DNA of 64,000 nt, taken from the NCBI GenBank assembly GCA_013239625.1, contig MU053652.1:5693902-5757901 (forward strand), given 5' to 3'. The DNA comes from Lama guanicoe (lineage: Eukaryota). Under the pieces are notes generated by a model. That model worked only from the letters and a program-made list of their open reading frames with translations. It did not search any database and had not been told where the DNA came from. Numbering within the stretch: position 1 is the stretch's first letter; each line of letters opens with the position of its first letter. Position numbers and translations under genes: made by a program. This document shows positions 24,215-36,610 of the stretch, in pieces.

Positions 24215-24290
24215 GCCATTATTTATTCCTCTGACATGAATTGAATGTCTACTCTCAGCCCCTGTGCTAGGTATTGGAGATACAAGGATA
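24215..24290 (-). mobile_element. L2 3' end fragment
   Basis: 'attgaatgtctactct..cctgtgctaggtattggagatacaag'. Confidence 0.65.
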
Positions 24291-24889
24291 GAATTTGCAT
24301 GTCGGATGATCTTGGTTGCATTTTGGTTTTGACTGGAATCTGACAAATCCTTTATTCAGGCAAATTTGTTTTTTATGCTCTTTTCCTCACGTAGCATGTT
24401 AGAGAGCTCATAGCTTTAAAAAACAGACATTTGCAGTCTCCATCCAGAGGAAAGCAGGCTGGCTCAAAAGATGTGGGGCTGAGTGAGCCTGTGGGGTGTG
24501 GTAGCCATACCCCAAACACCTTCTTTGATCTTCCCACTCCAGGGTCAGCCAGCTAGGCTGTACCACCAGCTGCTTCCTGCTTTGGAAGATCCTCAGCATG
24601 GTTATCACTGTCATCATTAACATGATTAATTTGGGTGGCTAGCCTGTCTTCTCACATGGAAAAAAGACAATTATTTTGCAGGACAAGTATTTTCCATGTG
24701 GCCAGAATTCTTTAGTCAATGGTATCTAACTACACTGGTTTTTCACTCTATAGGGCCTGGAACAATATTTGCATCTGAAGGGAAAAGAGAATGTTTGGGA
24801 ACTTCACGTGGTAGCCAAGTTGGAAAACTGTCTATGGGCATTTGTGTTGTCTGATTGATTGGAAGGGCCTTCCTGAACTGTCCAGACCC

Positions 24890-25691
24890 ATGGAGGCCTT
24901 CCAGCCATGAGACTGCACTGCTCAGACTTCCAGATGTAGGAGTGTCATAGCTGACAAATCCAATTGCTGTGCTGTAAGATCCATCACTAATGCTACCTGT
25001 AAGAGGTTCTCCCCCAGTGACCAAGCATGGCAGGGGAACCAAGGCAGCCCCTTTCTGGGAGATATAGGAGTCTTCTATGGCCTCGACAAACTCGCCCTAG
25101 GCCCCACTACTGTCTCAGACTTTCCATCCACCCTTCCTTCTCTTTCTCTTTCACTCAAGGTCAGACCAGCTTTGTGGGCTGAGGGTCCTCCCAGCCTCCA
25201 CCAGCTCCCTCCTCATTCCCTCTTATAGGAGTTTTCCATAATGTTTTAGTTTGCTAAGTCTGCCATGCAAACCATTTATTTTCTTGCAATTCTGGTGGCT
25301 GACAGTTGGAGATCATGGTGTTTCAGGAAGGGCTGATTTTTTTTTTTTTCCAGAGGCCTCTCTTCTTGGCTGGGAGATATCATCTCCGTGCGTCTTCATG
25401 TGGTCTTCCTCCTGTGTCTGTGTCCTAATTTCTTCTTATGAGGACACCAGTCCTATTGGATTAAGACCCATCCTAATGATCCTGTTTTAACTTAGAGACC
25501 TTTTAGCTTCTTTAAAACTCTTTGGTGTCTTTAAATATCTCCAGATGCAGTCACATTCTGGGGTCCCCAGGGTTAGGACTTCAACATACGAATTTTGAGG
25601 GGACACCATTCAGCCTATAACACCTAAAAAAATTCTTTCACATGTAATCCTGTCTTGGTATTTGCTTTTTTGGAGGACATGGGCCGACACA
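24890..25691 (+). mobile_element. LTR16-family ERVL solo LTR, split by an MLT1 LTR
   Basis: 'ccccagtgaccaagcatggcaggggaaccaaggcagccccttt', 'ctcccagcctccaccagctccct', 3' end 'cacatgtaatcctgtcttggtatttgcttttttggaggac..gacaca'. Confidence 0.75.
25242..25622 (-). mobile_element. MLT1A-type MaLR solo LTR
   Basis: TG...CA ends; 'tcttatgaggacaccagtcctattggattaagacccatcctaatga', 'gggttaggacttcaacatacgaattttgaggggacaccattcagcc'; 5-bp flanks cataa/cctaa. Confidence 0.9.
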
Positions 25692-26940
25692 CCCAGCCTT
25701 CCCGCTGGTCTCGTGGGGCTCAGATTGCAGTGTGGTGACTTTGCTAAGCCCCTGGGGCGCTAGAGCAAGTGCAGTAAGAGCGCCTCTTGTTCACTAGTGG
25801 TTTTGGTGAGTTCCCAAAATCTTTGGCTTTAACTCAGACTTTCAAACATTTCACTCACTTTCACTATGTACAATGTAATAAATTTTGCTATGGTTATTGT
25901 GATTATATGAATTTACTAACAACTATCATTCATTTTAGTTGTTCTCTGACCAAGCAGTCATTATTTTAGTAGACAAACCAAGATGAAGAAATACCTTTCC
26001 TCAACCTACTACTTTATATAAGCAAGGAATATAAAGTTTGGTTGTGTCATTCACCATTGATGATTTTGTTATTCCACTTTAACAATGTATTATTTTTATT
26101 ATTATTTAAGTTTTAGAGGCAGCTTTGTGGCTTCTGGATTTTTCACTGGCTTTTTAAAAATTAATCATCAAGATATGAATATATATTTCAATAAGTAAAT
26201 AAATAAAATAATGTTTTAAAGTTCTTTATAAGAGTTCATTCAAAGCTTATTTCATTATAACATAATGGGTACATTAATATGAAATAAAGAGTTCTTTAAA
26301 GGCTTGACTATTTTCTATGTCACAGAAAACAACTTTTCTGCCTAGAGTGGAATGTCCTTCCACCAAATTCCTATGCTAGATTTTCTTTACAGCTAAGTTT
26401 AAAACCCACATTCTTTAAAACCAGATTATTGCAAATCATCTCCACTTTTCTGTAAATCATATGTCCTGTAACCTTCTCACGTATCGTCTTAGATTTTTCT
26501 CTCATGGTTTCAGATATGTATGCAAACTCTGATCCCCATAGTGAGATTATTAATTTCCAGGCATCTCTTGCTGTGTTATTTAGATGATAAGGGAAAAACA
26601 AAGGGAGTATAAGATATGGTTCCTGTCAATGTCTCCTTTAATGCTGGAAATTGTAAGCAGCAAATCTTGGGACCCAACTTACAGGAAACAACTTTTAGCA
26701 TGCAAATCAAATGCAATTTATAATAAAATTAATAATATATATGCATACTGCCATCCTACTTATTTTGCTTATGGTAATTAGTCATAAATGGTAAATATAT
26801 TTCATATATAACTGTAATTGCCATTTCTTTTACACAGTCAAGGCATTTTTTCAGATTTTCTTCTTTTTATTAATTCCTAGGTATATATTAAATACATCAG
26901 AGTTGGCAGATTTTGCTGGTAGTATGTATGGTGTAATTTT

Positions 26941-26942
<2 letters not shown>

Positions 26943-26971
<29 letters not shown>
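26943..26971. repeat. (AC)14 microsatellite
   Basis: Read directly. Confidence 0.97.
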
Positions 26972-26973
<2 letters not shown>

Positions 26974-27494
26974 ACTGGAATTCAGCATCTGTCTAGCCAT
27001 GGTTCCATGGGAGCCCTGTGCTCTGTGGGGCTGAGACACTCTTGTTCAGTCTCTGCTTCTGGAAGTTCCCTTGTCTGTCTCTCTGTCCTCTCATTTATGA
27101 GGTCCTGATAGCTCCTTGCTTACTTCTGTTGAAGTCATGAGGCAGTTGGAACCTGAGGCTGGGGCTAGTAGATGCAGCAGAAAGTCATGCTTTGAGAAAA
27201 AGGAGGCAGGTAGTGTTGTTAAGATGCCAGTTAAGGTTTTGGCATGAAGTGGGATAAGGACATAGCAAGTAGAGATGAAGGGACTATCATTTCATAGTCT
27301 TTGGGCAGAGAAGGAAGAAGTAGGAGCTGGGGGCTTGGGGGACTTAGATGAGTGGGAGGCCTGGGCTTTTGCCTTGCTGACAGAGCTTGGAAAATTCAGT
27401 GAGCCCCTATTCTGCAGGGCTTCAGCAAGTCCTGGGAGGCTGCTTCTGGAGCTTGTGCATTTATTCAAGCAAAGGTTTATTTCCTGAATCCAAG

Positions 27495-27630
27495 GACCAG
27501 GGTCCAACTTCAGATATTCAGGAGCTCCTGGATATGCACTCAAGCATTGTGGATGAGGGTGTCTATTTTTCTGGAGAGATCTATGCTTTTAGCAAAGAGG
27601 CCTGTAACTCAAAAAATGGTTAAAAAACCA
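27495..27630. mobile_element. hAT-Charlie family MITE fragment
   Basis: 'ttttctggagagatctatgctttt..gcctgtaactcaaaaaatggttaaaaaacca' resembles a Charlie terminus. Confidence 0.5.
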
Positions 27631-29129
27631 TTTCACCATCATGTGAAAATTTTTTAAAAATCTGTTTTTGAGCTGATGGTGTTGAGCAAGGGGTAGAGAA
27701 GGGCATGAAAGCACTAATGGTTGGGACTGGGGAAGACTGAGAAAAGCAGAGGTGCAAGCAGTATTCCGTCTCCTCTCTGAGGGTTTATCCTTCTGTTTAT
27801 CTATTTTAAATTAAAGCAGGGGGAAAAGGAGAAGTAAACGCGATCATTAAATAGAATTAGGGAAAAGAACATGACCACAGAACTTGTTTACTTGCTTAGG
27901 ATAGGTCACAAATTCAGCTCTAACCAAAAAGAGAAACTAGTTTGTTAAAAAAGTGCCGTAGGGTCCATAAGAAAAGATAAAACTATTGCTTTGGAAGAAA
28001 GTTCTGTCCTTGGTACTGAAACCAAAAAGGACCCTCTCTCAAGAATTTTAATGAAAGGGACTCTGCAGTGTAAATGTCTTCACAACCTCCTAACTGTGGA
28101 CCCATAGTTGAATCCCACAGAGGTTGCTGTTTGTCAAGTTGCCATTTGGTTTGGTCAATAACAGCCAAATATGTGACCCTAATGGGTTGATACCGTGGGA
28201 GTCCAACGGCCCAGTTCCCTGCTTCTCTTGCTTTTGCAGAGGGCAGTAGATTTTCTAGCATGTGGAGAATATATGTGCCTCAAACAGTCTTGTCAGATAA
28301 AGGACTCCTTCCACCTAGATGATGAGACATATTGAGTAGCTATGTGTTTGCATTAAGATCGTGGATTCTATGTTAAGACTCATATGCCTTAACAATTATA
28401 CTAGGGAAAGGGTAAACACCTTCTTCAGAAAACCGAGGAGCTTTTGTTAGAATATATGCCTGGACAGGAAATTTCCCCACTTCCACTAAGATGGATCCAA
28501 GGGAGATTTACTATCTGTATCATCATAACCATGCTCCTTAACTTCTCCAGGCCTGACTTTCTTAATATATTAGATGTCCTTTTACCAACTGAGTGAAATA
28601 AAGAACATTGGGCAGCTTTTACTTACCATTTATTATTCAGTTGACCACCAAAAAGTCCTCCATAACTTTTGGACACAGTTTAACAGCTTAACAGATATAC
28701 TGGTCCAAATCCCAAAGAGTTTGACAATCTTTTTTGTAGGTGACACAAAAAATATACTGATAAATACAGAGCAAGCCAGAAGATTTAATTGAATGCTCAA
28801 ATATCTGGGGTAAAGAGTAGAGGAAGTCAGAAGGAGAAAATACCTGTCAGATTGTCATAGAAAACTTTGTGGAATGTGTGGCCTATGTAATTGGAAGAGG
28901 GAAAGGCTCAAGTGGAGAGAACAGAGTAGAGGAGTCATCTGACTGGTGACCACTCCCCATCGGGAAACAGTGCAGCATCTTGGAGGGGAGCACTTAACTA
29001 AACTTTTTTATAGGACCCTCCAGATAGGATGAAACAAATAATGTTTAGGGATTAAGAAATGGGACAGATTTCTATTACAACCCAAAGGCAGCTTGCCAAT
29101 AGCCATGTCATTGACTGATTCCCCACATT

Positions 29130-29345
29130 ATACAGACCCCAACACTGAAAAAGACTCTGAAAGTAGAAGATGGAAAGGAAGCTGCCTGTGCCCTTTGAGC
29201 CAAGAGCTCAGTGTGTAGTGACGGAGATAGACCTGTTACTAGGTAATGACTCTGCAGATTGTAGAAATGGGAAGTGAGATTTGTGAGCGACTGCTCCAAG
29301 TCGCCAAAGGAGACCAGGGAGAGCAGACATGGTACAGCAAAGTGA
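29130..29345 (-). mobile_element. Degraded L2 fragment
   Basis: 'ctgtgccctttgagccaagagctcagtgtgtagtgacggagatagac'. Confidence 0.5.
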
Positions 29346-30399
29346 CCAGACAATGAAACACACCAGTCAATCACTCAGTTAATGTAGGCAAACAACAAGC
29401 GCTTGAGTAAATGTTTCACTAAATTGATGAGTTGCTTGAGGGCATCGACGTAATCAAATGTTTGCTGGCATATAGACACAGCCTTAACAATGCAAATATT
29501 ATTATAATCCCTTGGCTTTGAAATGATTTGATGGGATCATCCAAGGAATCTGGGCTCCTAGTATTGTCCAGCCTTGTTTTGACTTTCGGCCCCATTGTGA
29601 GAAGAGAATTGTTTTTTATGGACTATCACTTGCTGTCTAAAATACAGCTCAGCAAATATTTCCAACATTGACATTATTTCTATGATTTAAAAAGATATAT
29701 TTGAAATCTCTTTTTGAAAGCTAAAGTTCTTTGCCTGGCTGTTCACTGGAAATTGAACTAAACAAAACTGCTTTAGTTTATGACCATAACCACCTAGGTT
29801 CTACTTTTAAAGCTCTGCAGATATTTTTTTCCCTCATATTCACCTTAACCAAGCACTTTTAAAAATGACTTGAGTGAAAGTTCAGAGTTTTATGGGCTTA
29901 CTTAACAGTAGTCTATTTTTAGGATATTCAGTTCTTTTCTTTTCCAAAAATCCAATTCTGTCTCCATGATCCACTCTACAGCAGTGTTCAAGGTTATGTG
30001 AGGGATGGAGTGAGTGCAATTTTGCTTTTATTCCCTGGAGCTTGTACCATACACTGCACGGTGAAATACTGGATTTATGGAAGGTCAGGGATGTACCTCT
30101 GTGACGTAGATTGTGTAACCAATTTTGTAATCAGACTCTGCAGCCTCCTGGTCTGAGCTTGAGTCAACAACAAGTACAAAGTACTAACCTTGCCATTCTG
30201 GGCTTGTTATGGAGAAGGACAGGAGAAGGAGCAAGGAGAATTAGGGTTAGGAGGGCAGAGTGACTGTTGATTGTACAGTTGGGATAGTGGCTTTACCTCT
30301 TAAGTTTATTTCAGGGGTAAAATGCCTGTAGTAGGCTCAGATTATAAGGTCTTTAATGTGGGCATTTTTCTCACTGTCTTTGCAATCACATGATCGGTT

Positions 30400-30530
30400 T
30401 AGGGACTATAAACTCAAATGCTTCTAGAGGAGGGGCCAGATGTATAAATGTATCACATCAGATCAAGTGTGATACAGTAGGGAATAGTATTGCTCCTGGC
30501 CAACTGGAGAAGTTACACTCATTTGCGCAG
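30400..30530. mobile_element. hAT MITE fragment (MER103-like)
   Basis: 'aaactcaaatgcttctagaggaggggccag..ataaatg..gtgtgatacagtagggaatagt..ggccaactggaga'. Confidence 0.55.
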
Positions 30531-31127
30531 AACAGTTAAGGCTTTTCTGCAGACTGATTTTCGCTACTGAGCAATGCCAGTTTGCAGCTCCTGAATTAAA
30601 GTGCATGAGAATAAAATATACTTATGAGGAACTGATGAAGAGATTTGCAAATTAACTATGCAGCAGTGTCCCTGTGTAGCTCGCCTTCTGTGTCCACCTC
30701 CAATTTGACTAAGGGAATGAGAAAACAGTGAATAGGAACATTCCATCTTGGAAGTTCAGAATTTTCATTCTCTTAGAAAACTATTCCATTAGACCATGGC
30801 AATGAATCTTCCAAGCTTTAAGTTTTGTGGTATGTCTTCTAGACAGCATAATTTGTGATGCACAGTTAGTGCTTATGGGGAAATAATTGAGTAGATTAAA
30901 AGCAATGTGTTTACACATGTGATTTTTAGCTTTCATTATTGATGGGGTCTATTCTTTTTAATGTATGTGTCCAGAATTTATATGAGGGAGGATGGTTGTG
31001 TGGGTCATCAGTACTGTACTTCTGAAAACTTAGAAGTTGTGGTTTAATGTTTAGGAAAGTCCCTTCTAGCTAGAGGTTTGTAGGAGAAATGCACATTTTC
31101 TTTATAGTTAATAAAATGCCCTGATTA

Positions 31128-31345
31128 TGCACATGGGTTTTGGAGACAGAAAACCCAAGTTCTTAGGTTTAAATTTTGGTTCCAGCATTTATGGCTTGCA
31201 CAACCTTCGGCAAACTACTTAACCTATTTGATCTTAAGTTTCCTCATCTATAAAATGGAATTTTTAAATGAGGTGGTGCAGATGAAATAACCAGATCAGT
31301 CCATGGTCCATAATAGGTTCAATGAAAGCTTGATATTGCTATAAT
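31128..31345 (+). mobile_element. MIR SINE
   Basis: 'gcacatgggttttggagacaga..ggcaaactacttaacctatttgatcttaagtttcctcatctataaaatgg'. Confidence 0.85.
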
Positions 31346-31529
31346 TATAATTAATATTATTAGAGATACAGGTGTTAAAATCTGATATAAGGGCCATGGA
31401 GATTATTTGCAGTCTCAAAGATGATATAAGGCTAAAATATAGAACTTTGGGAAAAACAGGGGAAAAATGTTTTAGTTCATGGAAGATGAGGCTGAAGAAA
31501 GAGTATATTGTTTTTCAATAGGATCAAAG

Positions 31530-31840
31530 CATATGCTACTTGGTTCTGTAGGTTAAAATAATTTGAAGTTGACATAGAAGAATATTTTAACAATTTTTGG
31601 GTAGGAAAAACATTATAAAAAAAGTAAAAAGACAAGCAACAGACTAGGAGACAAAAACTGAAACACATAAATCAAAAAAGGGATTACTGAATATAAATAA
31701 GTTATCTCTACATTCAATTAAAAACAACATCTAGCAAATAAAAGCACAAAACCATGTGGAGATAATTCACATGTGAACAATGCTTACTCTCACTGTGGTC
31801 AAGAAAATATATTTAAAACAAGTTACCATATTGGCAAAAA
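31530..31840 (+). mobile_element. Ancient L1 fragment
   Basis: 'aaaagtaaaaagacaagcaacagactaggaga', 'atgcttactctcactgtggtcaagaaaat..taccatattggcaaaa'. Confidence 0.6.
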
Positions 31841-32922
31841 AAAAAAAAAGAAAAAAAAAAGAAAGGCTTTAAGGTAATTTCTAGAGCCCTGCTGATTAGG
31901 GATATTTGCAGTAGCTTTTGAGAAATGTTTTGGATCCAAGCTCTCCAGATTGTGCAGCAAAGATCTGTCCCAGTTCAGACTTTGGTAGAAATAAAACAAC
32001 AACAACAACAACAAAAAGCAAAATCAAAATTTAAAAATAGTAAACTCTTATCCTTCTCACCTTATAGAAAAAAACCGCAAGTGCTTTCTCTCATCCCCTC
32101 TCATACCCAGATCTGGATGCCATCCAAATTGGGAAAAGTGGAGTTCTGAGACAGGAACAGATGATTTGAGGGCTAAGTGGTCTTTTTATATTTTCTTAAA
32201 TTTCCCATGTTCATGCATAGTTAAAGATTTGGGCTATTTATCTCCAGTGGGAATTAAGATTACTATTGATTTTCTTAAGTACCCTAAATTGAGGCTGTAA
32301 ATGAACCTTCACAAGGTACATGGCTTCAATTTTCATTAAGAAGCATTGCTAGAAAGATGGTAGGAAGAGTGTTTTTGGTGGTAGCCTGCAGAACTCAGGT
32401 GTTGCAGAGTGCATCCCGGGTGAGTGATGGGCAGAGGTGGAGCACTGTCTTTCTGAAATGCTGCTAGAGGCCAGGCAAGTAACAGTGAAAATGAGTTGGA
32501 TGTGATAGGTTTGACTGGCAGGAATCCTGGAAGAAGTAGGGATGCACAATCAGGGGAAATGCTGAAGCAGAAAGGGTGAGACCTGTCAGAGCTTGTCTGT
32601 GAGGTCTAAGTTCCTGGGAGGAGTACAGTGGTGTTGACATGGGCTCACAGTGCTGGACTCTGAAACTGTAGCTTTGAAGAATGCTGAACTGTAAAATGTC
32701 TGTTTTTTTTTTTTTTAAGATTTTAAATTTAGAATAAGAAATAATGAAGGAATAGGCTCACTACTTAGAGATGCTGGTATAACAAGATAGATTATGGAGA
32801 AAAGGAAGAAAACTCAAAACTTAATTTTCTTCTATTTCATGCTTTCCAGCAGAGCAAATCATCTTCAAGTTGGGAAAGGGCAGGCCAAGTAATATAAATA
32901 ATATGAACAACTAGTTAATTCC

Positions 32923-33285
32923 TGATGTGGACTGAATTATATCCCTCCAAGATTCATAGGTTGAAACTCTAACNNNNNNNNNNNNNNNNNNNNNNNNNNN
33001 NNNNNNNNNNNNNNNNNNNNNNNNNNNNNNNNNNNNNNNNNNNNNNNNNNNNNNNNNNNNNNNNNNNNNNNNNNNNNNNNNNNNNNNNNNNNNNNNNNNN
33101 NNNNNNNNNNNNNNCTGTCATGTCACAGGCCATCTGCAAACTAGGAAGAGAGTCCTCACCAGAAGCCAACCATGCTGTCCTCCTGTTCTGGGGCATCCAG
33201 CCTCCAGAACTGTGAAAAAACAAATTTCTGTTGTTTAAGCTACCCAGTTGGTGGTATGTCATGGCAGTCTGAGATGACTAATACA
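32923..33285 (+). mobile_element. MLT1A-type MaLR solo LTR spanning an assembly gap
   Basis: 'tgatgtggactgaattatatccctccaagattcataggttgaa' ... 'ccagcctccagaactgtgaaaaaacaaatttctgttgtttaagc..gactaataca'; flanks attcc/attct. Confidence 0.9.
32974..33114. other. Assembly gap (141 N)
   Basis: Run of n. Confidence 1.
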
Positions 33286-34301
33286 ATTCTTAAGAGAGAT
33301 GAGGAGGTAATGGAAGAAAGTCTATGTATCGTCAGTGCTCTGGGCTCAGACAGAACTTCCCTAATACTAAAGGAATATGAAGATTTGACCCTGGAAATGG
33401 GGGGCAGGGGAGTTCTGCAAGCATTTATGGAGCTTAAGAGGAGCATGAAGATGGACAGACAATCCAGATTTTCAAAAAGGTACAAAGATTTTTGGAAGAT
33501 CAGAACAGCAATATTTATGTTAATCAGAATAGTCTGTGATGGTTTAGAAACGAATTCACTGGTTCTTTTTATGAGGAAAAGAAACAAACTGTATACATAT
33601 CATACAAACTTAAACATATCTTTGAGGTTAAGGTGAGCTTACCTGTAGATCATGGGACTGTTGTAGATACCACATTTTTATTTCTCTAGAGTATTTCTTA
33701 AAAGCTCTAGAATTTTACAAAAACAGGTGGTGGTGGTCTGCAAGAGGGCAACATTAGGTAGATGAGGTGGATTTGCAGGTGGGTGAACAACCATATGCAA
33801 AAAAGTGCCCATCCAAATGGACACCCCCCTAGAACATGCCAGAGCTCTGACTCGGCTCCATCCTCTGTAGATGATTGAAAAAACTGGCGTCTAAGTGAAG
33901 ACATAGCAAATACGTTTGTCATCTTTGCAGATACTAACAAACTGAATATTTCAGTATGATATCCAGATTTATAAAAAGCTCTGGAGACTGGAACAAAAGG
34001 GCAAAAACAAAAAGGAGAAAAGTTATGGGGCTAAATGTAAGATGGAACATTTCCATGTGAAAAACTTAAGCCAGCGTAGGAGGTGAAGGTACGACTTGCG
34101 TCCATAAAATGAAAATCTGAGGTATACTGACCACACTTGTATCATGAGCCAATTATGTGGACTCTCTGCTGAAAAAAATTTACCGCACACAGCAAATGCC
34201 CAAATACTAATGCAAGTGTAATCTGCATTAACAGAACAAAAGCATCTAGCTCTCAGGAAGTGCTAGTCTGACTGCTCCTCACTGGTAGACCACTTAAAAT
34301 A

Positions 34302-34440
34302 TTTTTTTTTGGTTGGGGGAAGTAATTAGGTTTACTTATTATTATTATTATTATTATTTAACAGAAGTATTGGGGATCGAACCCATGACCTCATGCATGC
34401 TTAGCATGCACTCTATCTACCACTGAGCTATACCCTCCCC
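34302..34440 (-). mobile_element. Camelid tRNA-Ala-derived SINE (vic-1 type)
   Basis: Minus strand ggggagggtatagctcagtggtagatagagtgcatgctaagcatgcatgaggtcatgggttcgatccccaatac; A box TAGCTCAGTGG, B box GGTTCGATCC; then (AAT)n, short tail and poly(A). Confidence 0.9.
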
Positions 34441-34727
34441 TGGGGAGAACACTTCTTAAATATAATATTAATGCTTTGAAAAAGGACAGCCAACGTGATC
34501 AGTGGGTCTGGAATCCATGCAGCATGAGATGCTTGGAGAAGAAAAGGAGGCAGAGCCATCATTTCTATTGGGGATGCCATGAAGAAAAAAAGGGGTTATT
34601 CTGTTGTATGGGGCAGAAATACGTAAAATGGACGCACATATTTTTGATTTCAAACCACTATGGCTCTTCAGTATGTTATGGGCTTCATTATGATGTAAAT
34701 TCTTATTTTAGAAGCGTCCAAAAAACA

Positions 34728-34870
34728 GGATTCATTTACCAAATCTTTAATGAGCGCCTACTAGGTTTCAAATGCTTTCCTGGGTGCTGAGGGTAAACCA
34801 AAATGGTGCAGATTGACAAGGGAATGAGCTGAGACTGACAGAGAGCAAACCATTACAGAGCAGTGGTATT
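34728..34870 (-). mobile_element. L2 3' end
   Basis: 'ttcatttaccaaatctttaatgagcgcctacta..ctgggtgctgaggg'. Confidence 0.65.
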
Positions 34871-35649
34871 TCCCCCTTTAGCACTGGAACCGGGGCTTCA
34901 GCTCAGAGCTGAGGACCTGAAGAACTAAGTGTGCCTCTACATTCAAGGCGCTCCTGCTCCCCAGAACAGCCCTCCAGCAGTGCTTACTGAGAGGCACCAA
35001 ATAAGGATGAGCCTTACAAATACGCTCACTCTCACCAGTTCATATGAGAAGACTTGAAGGGGGTGGGAATCAGCAATTCGAGGAGTGCACATTCGGAGCC
35101 TGGCTGTCCCCTTCCCTCCGCGTGATGGAGGTAGGAGGGCCTTTTCTCTCTTTCAAGCCAGGTGAGCAGGGCTCTGAGTGAACTAGCATTGGGGGTGTCT
35201 TCAGAATGGAGACATGCTTTAGTGGAGCAGGGGATGGGAGAAAATACTGTCATTTTCCAAAAGTCAAACAGGACTGAGAGAGAGGGGAGGGAACTTCATG
35301 GAACTCTTTTCTTCTCCTGGATGTGGTGGGTGAGACTGAAGTTCTCTGAGAGTCCAGTGTTTGAGAAAGTTGAAGGAAAGAAAAGAAGTGGGTGAAAAGA
35401 ATGGTGTTCACTCCACTGTCTACCGTAAGACCCTGTGGTCTAGCACACGAACAGAGTAGCTTTGAGTTAACTTTGTGATGGGTTTTTGAAAATGAAGGGG
35501 GCCAAATCTTTAATACCCAAGTGAGACAGCTCTTAGCCCAAAGTGGATGAAAAGCCATGGATTTTGGCCAAGATGCCATAAGGGACTTGTTTCTTCTCGA
35601 GAAAGGGGAGGTGGTGGGTGACGTGGCACTGTTTCATATTTATATCCCC

Positions 35650-36190
35650 AAAAGTGGAGATGTCTCCATAAATTGGTTACATTAAAAAAAGTCATAGGGA
35701 GAAGTGAAGCAAATAAAATAGAATGGATATTAGAGTAAGATGCAGGGGCAGGGGGATGGCAAGACAGAGATTTTCTAGATTCTGGGTGAGGAGGCGTTCC
35801 CCTGAGGAAGTACCCATGGAGCTGAAATCTTTGTAGAAAGAAGGACCTGGCCACATGAAGACACGAGTGGTGAGCTCTGTAAGGAAAGGTGACCTGCAGG
35901 TGCTAAGGCCCTGAGGTGGGAACAGGCTTGGCCAAGGCAAGGAATAGAAAAAGGCCAGTGTGACTGGAAGGAGGGAAGATGTGGCATGAGACAAGGACAG
36001 AGGCTAGTTCCTGTGAGGCTTTGTAGCCCGCAGGACAAAGTTGGGTTTTATTCTTGGTATGAAGTCAAGTCTTTGCAGGGTTCATTCAGGGGAGGGACGT
36101 GGTCTGATGTACGTATTAGACGATTTTTGAGGGCTGGATGCAGAATGGAGAGAATGAGGGCAGAACTGGAAGCAGGGAGACCAATTCAAC
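35650..36190 (-). mobile_element. L2 fragment
   Basis: 'gtgctaaggccctgaggtgggaacaggcttggc..aggaatagaaaaaggccagtgtgactgga..ggaagcagggagacca'. Confidence 0.85.
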
Positions 36191-36369
36191 AGCAACTGGC
36201 TCTATTTTCTCAAAATAGACAGAAAAGTATTAAATTTCTATTGTTGGTGTCATCATTAATGATGACTTGAGAAAAGATCAGGAAAACGCTGGGAACTCCT
36301 GCTGGCCAATGCTGGACAGCTCTCTTTCCCTTTCAGTTTAATAGCAATTGCAAAACATTTACTATTAAA

Positions 36370-36610
36370 ATATTAATGGCTGCCACGTATTGAGTGCTTA
36401 GTCTGTGCCCTGCCCTGTGCTGGTCTTGTTAATTATTCTTACCTTATTTAATCCTCACAAGAATAAGCACCAGAAATGCTGTAGAAGGTGGCAGGTGCTA
36501 ATAACCAAATCTAAGACTTGAGAAGCTATCAATTTAGTCAAGCAAATGATTAGCCATGCGGTGACTTAAAACCAATTCCATATTTGACTAAATTCCATCC
36601 TTTTAAACAA
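36370..36610 (-). mobile_element. MIR SINE (degraded)
   Basis: 'tattgagtgcttagtctgtgcc..ttatttaatcctcacaa'. Confidence 0.7.

Larger units (their letters stand above)
32640..34640 (+). mobile_element. L3/CR1 LINE fossil (decayed ORF2 RT and 3' region) interrupted by MLT1A and a camelid SINE
   Basis: Collinear CR1 motifs: KNNEGIGSLL (~32737), 'attttcaaaaagg' =IFKK (~33468), 'gtagatcatgggactgttgtagat' =VDHGTVVD (~33645), VIFADTNKL (33918-33944, FADD-type motif), 'catgagccaa..tactaatgcaa..ctgcattaacagaa', 'gggtctggaatccatg'. Confidence 0.8.

Noticed and set aside
26514-26652. Two further AG...GT pseudo-exons (27 and 69 nt)
   Set aside because: Weak donor contexts and no homology; they show that such candidates occur at background frequency here.
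33172-33636. Longest ORF in the track (154 aa)
   Set aside because: It begins in an MLT1A LTR and runs over decayed L3 sequence, largely out of the RT frame; a chance open frame.
34365-34440. tRNA-Ala-like gene
   Set aside because: Acceptor stem is broken, a 4-nt insertion is present, and the SINE tail and poly(A) follow; it is a SINE, not a tRNA.
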